A stretch of 64,000 nt of DNA from an uncultured Verrucomicrobiae bacterium (lineage in GTDB: Bacteria > Verrucomicrobiota > Verrucomicrobiia > Limisphaerales > UBA11358), in the NCBI GenBank assembly GCA_963744965.1, contig CAVUVT010000010.1, positions 202,279-266,278 of the forward strand, given 5' to 3'. The translations under genes and the position numbers were made by a program. The stretch's first letter is position 1, and every line of letters begins with the position of its first letter. Below the pieces are notes generated by a model, which saw only the letters and a list, made by a program, of their open reading frames with translations, did not search any database and was not told the DNA's origin. Positions 61,619 to 64,000 of this stretch are shown here, one piece after another.

Positions 61619-63406
61619 TCATTTTTTCTTTTTTGACACCGGCGTCAATACCGAAACTGCGGCGGGCGAAACCGGGGCCTGATTCATTTTCGTGAGCTTC
61701 GTTTGCACGATGGTCAACACGTTGTTGACCGTCCAATACAGCGCCAGGCCGGAGGAGTAATTGTAAAGAAACACCAGAAACATCAACGGCATGTAGCGCA
61801 TGATTTTCGCCTGGGCGGGGTCCATGCCCGGGGATGGCGGCTGCAAATGCGATTGCCACAACATCGCGCCGCCCATCAGCAACGGAAGCAGATTGAACGG
61901 AAAAATGGTCCCCGGAATCATGAACAACGTGTCCGGTTTCGACAAATCCGCAATCCACAGGAAGTGCGCCCCGCGCAGTTCGATTGCACTCCGAATCATC
62001 GTGAAAAAGCCGAAGAACACGGGCATTTGAATGGCCATTGGCAGACAGCCGCTCATGGGGCTGACCTTGTGCTTGCGATAAAGCTCCCACTGCTTTTGGG
62101 TGAACTTTTGCATGTCGTCCTTGTATTTTTCCTTGAGGGCCTGCATTTCCGGCGCAAGCACCTGCATCCGTTTCATCGAACGCGTGCTCGCCGCCGTCAA
62201 CGGCCAGAACACCACCTTGATGATCACGGTGATCAACACAATCGTCCAGCCGTATCCCAGCCGGGTCACGTCGTGCATCCAGTTCATCGCCAGCAGCAGC
62301 GCCTTCGCGAAAAACCCCGAAAACCTTCCGAAATTCATCACCAGGTCGGCTTGGTTTTGAAATTTGTCCCCAATGCGCGCCAGCAGGCGATATTCCTTTG
62401 GTCCGGCAAAGAGGACGATTTGCCGTTCGACGGCCTGATGCGCGGCCAGGGAAGCGGCGGGATAAATGAGGGCGCTCTGGACCCCTTGCAGCGCCGGCAT
62501 GCCTGGCACCGGCTCGACATTCGGGAACGGCGGCAGGCTGACCGGTCGCGCGATGATTTGCGCCGCCGGCTCATTCGTCTTCGTCATCGCCATCAGCGCG
62601 AAAAACTGGTTGTGCGCCGCCGCCCAAACCACGTTGTTCGAGCCAGCCAGATATTCCGAACGCGGCGTGCCGCGGAAGCAGCCGAATCCCGAGCCGGAAA
62701 ACCATCCCACCGACCGGTCCTGGGTGGCCGCGCCATCGAACCACATCGCCCCCTCATTCAAGGAGTAGCTGGTGTCATCCGGCCCCATGGGCGTCGCCGT
62801 GCCAATGACCCATTCCTGTGCGGGCAGCGTGAGCGGTTGGTCCGAGGTGTTTTCCAGCCGCACGCTCGCGTTCACAAGGTAATTCGAGCTGAGATGGAAT
62901 TCTTTCGAGAGTCGCAGGCCGTTGATGAGCGTTTTTTCCGCGCGAACGCCGTCGGCATTTGTGGTCAAAATGAAATTGCCGTCACCGACCAGGCTGGCAT
63001 CGCCCAAAATCGCCAGCACCGGCGCCGGCGCGCGCAGGTTCAGCGTGGCCACGCCGTCCTTCGCCACTTTCTTTTTCCAGCGCGGGGAGACGGTTTCGGG
63101 ATAATCCAGCAATTCCACCGATTTCAACCCGCCGCCGCGCGAGGTAAACGTGTAACGGGCGCGGGCATTGGTGATGACCAGCGATTCTTCCGGCGTGTTG
63201 GTGTCGAAAACGGCAACTGAAACCGGATTAGGTGTGGGCGGAATGGTGCTGGCCGTGGCCGTGGCGGTGGTCGCGCCCGAAGTCGTGTTGGTGTTCACCG
63301 GCTGCGGTTGCGGTCGTGGCGGTGGAGCATACTTCTGCTGCTCGACATACCAGAAGATGAGCAGGATGGCGCAGAGCGTGACGACGATGATTCCAGTTCG
63401 ATCCAT
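61619..63406 (-). CDS. yidC: Membrane protein insertase YidC (long form with periplasmic domain)
   Basis: 595 aa. N-terminal TM, a large periplasmic beta domain, and a C-terminal core ..GWTIVLITVIIKVVFWPLT..SMKRMQVLAPEMQALKEKYKDD..GCLPMAIQMPVFFGFF.. Confidence 0.93.
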   Translation of the reverse strand: MDRTGIIVVTLCAILLIFWYVEQQKYAPPPRPQPQPVNTNTTSGATTATATASTIPPTPNPVSVAVFDTNTPEESLVITNARARYTFTSRGGGLKSVELLDYPETVSPRWKKKVAKDGVATLNLRAPAPVLAILGDASLVGDGNFILTTNADGVRAEKTLINGLRLSKEFHLSSNYLVNASVRLENTSDQPLTLPAQEWVIGTATPMGPDDTSYSLNEGAMWFDGAATQDRSVGWFSGSGFGCFRGTPRSEYLAGSNNVVWAAAHNQFFALMAMTKTNEPAAQIIARPVSLPPFPNVEPVPGMPALQGVQSALIYPAASLAAHQAVERQIVLFAGPKEYRLLARIGDKFQNQADLVMNFGRFSGFFAKALLLAMNWMHDVTRLGYGWTIVLITVIIKVVFWPLTAASTRSMKRMQVLAPEMQALKEKYKDDMQKFTQKQWELYRKHKVSPMSGCLPMAIQMPVFFGFFTMIRSAIELRGAHFLWIADLSKPDTLFMIPGTIFPFNLLPLLMGGAMLWQSHLQPPSPGMDPAQAKIMRYMPLMFLVFLYNYSSGLALYWTVNNVLTIVQTKLTKMNQAPVSPAAVSVLTPVSKKKK

Positions 63407-63412
63407 GAGAAA

Positions 63413-63685
63413 TTAAAAGGAATGTTCCGGCGCGACCCCCGTCTCCGCCTTCCGCCTTCCGCCTTCCGCCTTGGGCGCCGGGTCATGCCCGCAGCGGCCC
63501 CACGGATGACAACGGCAGATTCGCTTCAATCCCATCCAGCCGCCGGCCCTGGCGCCGTGCGTGCGGATCGCGTCCATCGCATATTGCGAGCACGTCGGCG
63601 TGAAACGGCAACCGCCGGCCGGTCCAAATAGAAAAGTTTGCGCCGGCGAAACCGTCCAGCGATACGCGCGGATGGCAAAAATCAA
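63413..63685 (-). CDS. yidD: Membrane protein insertion efficiency factor YidD
   Basis: [53 protein letters not shown] is the YidD core. The TTG start at 63685 is the only start codon in the frame. The 20-aa tail is encoded by a heptamer repeat. Confidence 0.8.
   Translation of the reverse strand: MIFAIRAYRWTVSPAQTFLFGPAGGCRFTPTCSQYAMDAIRTHGARAGGWMGLKRICRCHPWGRCGHDPAPKAEGGRRKAETGVAPEHSF
63443..63472. repeat. Tandem heptanucleotide repeat, about 4 copies (plus strand (c/t)tccgcc; AAGGCGG on the coding strand)
   Basis: ctccgcc ttccgcc ttccgcc ttccgcc tt lies inside the 3' tail of yidD, 37 nt upstream of the yidC start. Confidence 0.75.
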
Positions 63686-63786
63686 AATCGCGGCGGCGGC
63701 CGGCGCCGCCGGATTTCTTTTCCGAAATCAGAGGATGCGGCCGGCCACCGAAAGCCGCCGCGCCAGTTTGGCAGACATCGCTCATT

Positions 63787-63999
63787 TTAATTTTTTAGCA
63801 AGCCGGCACGATTCAGCACGGCCAGAAAATCCTTTTCGACCCCGGCAAAATCGCGTCCGGCAATCGAATTGCGCGCGACCAGCACCAATTCAACCGGTTG
63901 CGACAATTCATGTTGATGCAGCCGGAAACTTTCGCGGAGCAGACGCCGGGCGCGGCTGCGCTCCACCGCGCCGCCAATTTTGCGGCTCGTGACGACGCC
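63787..63999 (-). CDS. rnpA: Ribonuclease P protein component, C-terminal part (5' end beyond window)
   Basis: My own minus-strand translation from 63999 gives GVVTSRKIGGAVERSRARRLLRESFRLHQHELSQPVELVLVARNSIAGRDFAGVEKDFLAVLNRAGLLKN then a stop (TAA at 63787-63789). This is the KxGxAVxRNRxRRxLRE RnpA signature in the expected position upstream of yidD-yidC. Confidence 0.85.
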   Translation of the reverse strand, partial: GVVTSRKIGGAVERSRARRLLRESFRLHQHELSQPVELVLVARNSIAGRDFAGVEKDFLAVLNRAGLLKN

Positions 64000-64000
64000 G

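Noticed and set aside
63483-63785. 100-aa ORF between rnpA and yidD on the minus strand (MSDVCQTGAAAF..).
   Set aside because: It overlaps the yidD coding frame, and yidD carries the conserved motifs. Its own sequence has no recognisable features, although its ATG directly follows the rnpA stop.
1-64000. CRISPR arrays, tRNA, rRNA or tmRNA genes.
   Set aside because: I saw no regularly spaced direct repeats with unique spacers; the repeats present are palindromic singletons. I saw no T-loop-like GGTTCGAATCC-type sequences outside coding regions and no rRNA-like stretches. This is visual inspection only, so tRNAscan/Infernal should confirm.

Overview
High-GC chromosomal segment of about 50 genes, mostly housekeeping. 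I infer a Verrucomicrobiota/PVC-type genome from three things: prepilin-like paralogs, giant Ig-repeat surface proteins ending in an FYRL-type C-terminus, and many palindromic intergenic repeats that read as pseudo-peptides in the ORF track.

Gene order:
- Hydrogenase: a soluble Hox-type [NiFe]-hydrogenase operon (hoxU-like, hoxY, hoxH, hoxW; hoxU is cut by the left edge).
- Accessory islet: a pseudopilin gene plus an IS1 transposase remnant.
- Transport: a TatT-DctP-DctQM (TPAT-type TRAP) transporter.
- Unknowns: a secreted Gly/Tyr/Arg-tailed protein, then a polytopic membrane protein fused to Sel1 repeats.
- Housekeeping: LOG-family protein, class II RNR nrdJ, der, membrane TPR protein, polyprenol-P-mannose synthase, FMN reductase, bcp, ClC channel, RumA-type methyltransferase.
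- Envelope/glycosylation genes: GT-C-like/TPR membrane protein, GT4, WecA/MraY-like transferase, then M29 aminopeptidase, a tail-fibre-like Asp-box propeller protein and an O-antigen-ligase/TPR fusion.
- Signalling: FecR-like protein plus a CHASE2 class III cyclase.
- Core block: coaD-yceD-rpmF-plsX-fabH, a PilZ-like ORF, and a PfkB kinase.
- Disrupted gene: a sedolisin(S53)-Ig-LamG-Ig surface protein of about 1370 aa, broken by a frameshift and by an IS5-like insertion.
- Redox and sugar-acid genes: pntAA-pntAB-pntB, then a second PfkB kinase, a LarA-like protein, a UxuB-like SDR, gnd, an IS630 copy and an ExuT-like MFS transporter.
- Right edge: jag-yidC-yidD-rnpA (rnpA is cut by the edge).

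I saw no rRNA, tRNA or CRISPR array. I did not find a convincing self-contained novel system such as a defence island.

Best leads:
- the LarA-like enzyme inside the sugar-acid cluster;
- the doubly disrupted sedolisin surface protein;
- the GT-C/TPR glycosylation genes;
- the NuoG-length HoxU;
- the FecR-CHASE2 cyclase pair;
- the Gly/Tyr/Arg-tailed secreted protein;
- the palindromic repeat families, some of which contribute coding sequence.

All family assignments come from reading motifs by eye. No searches were run.
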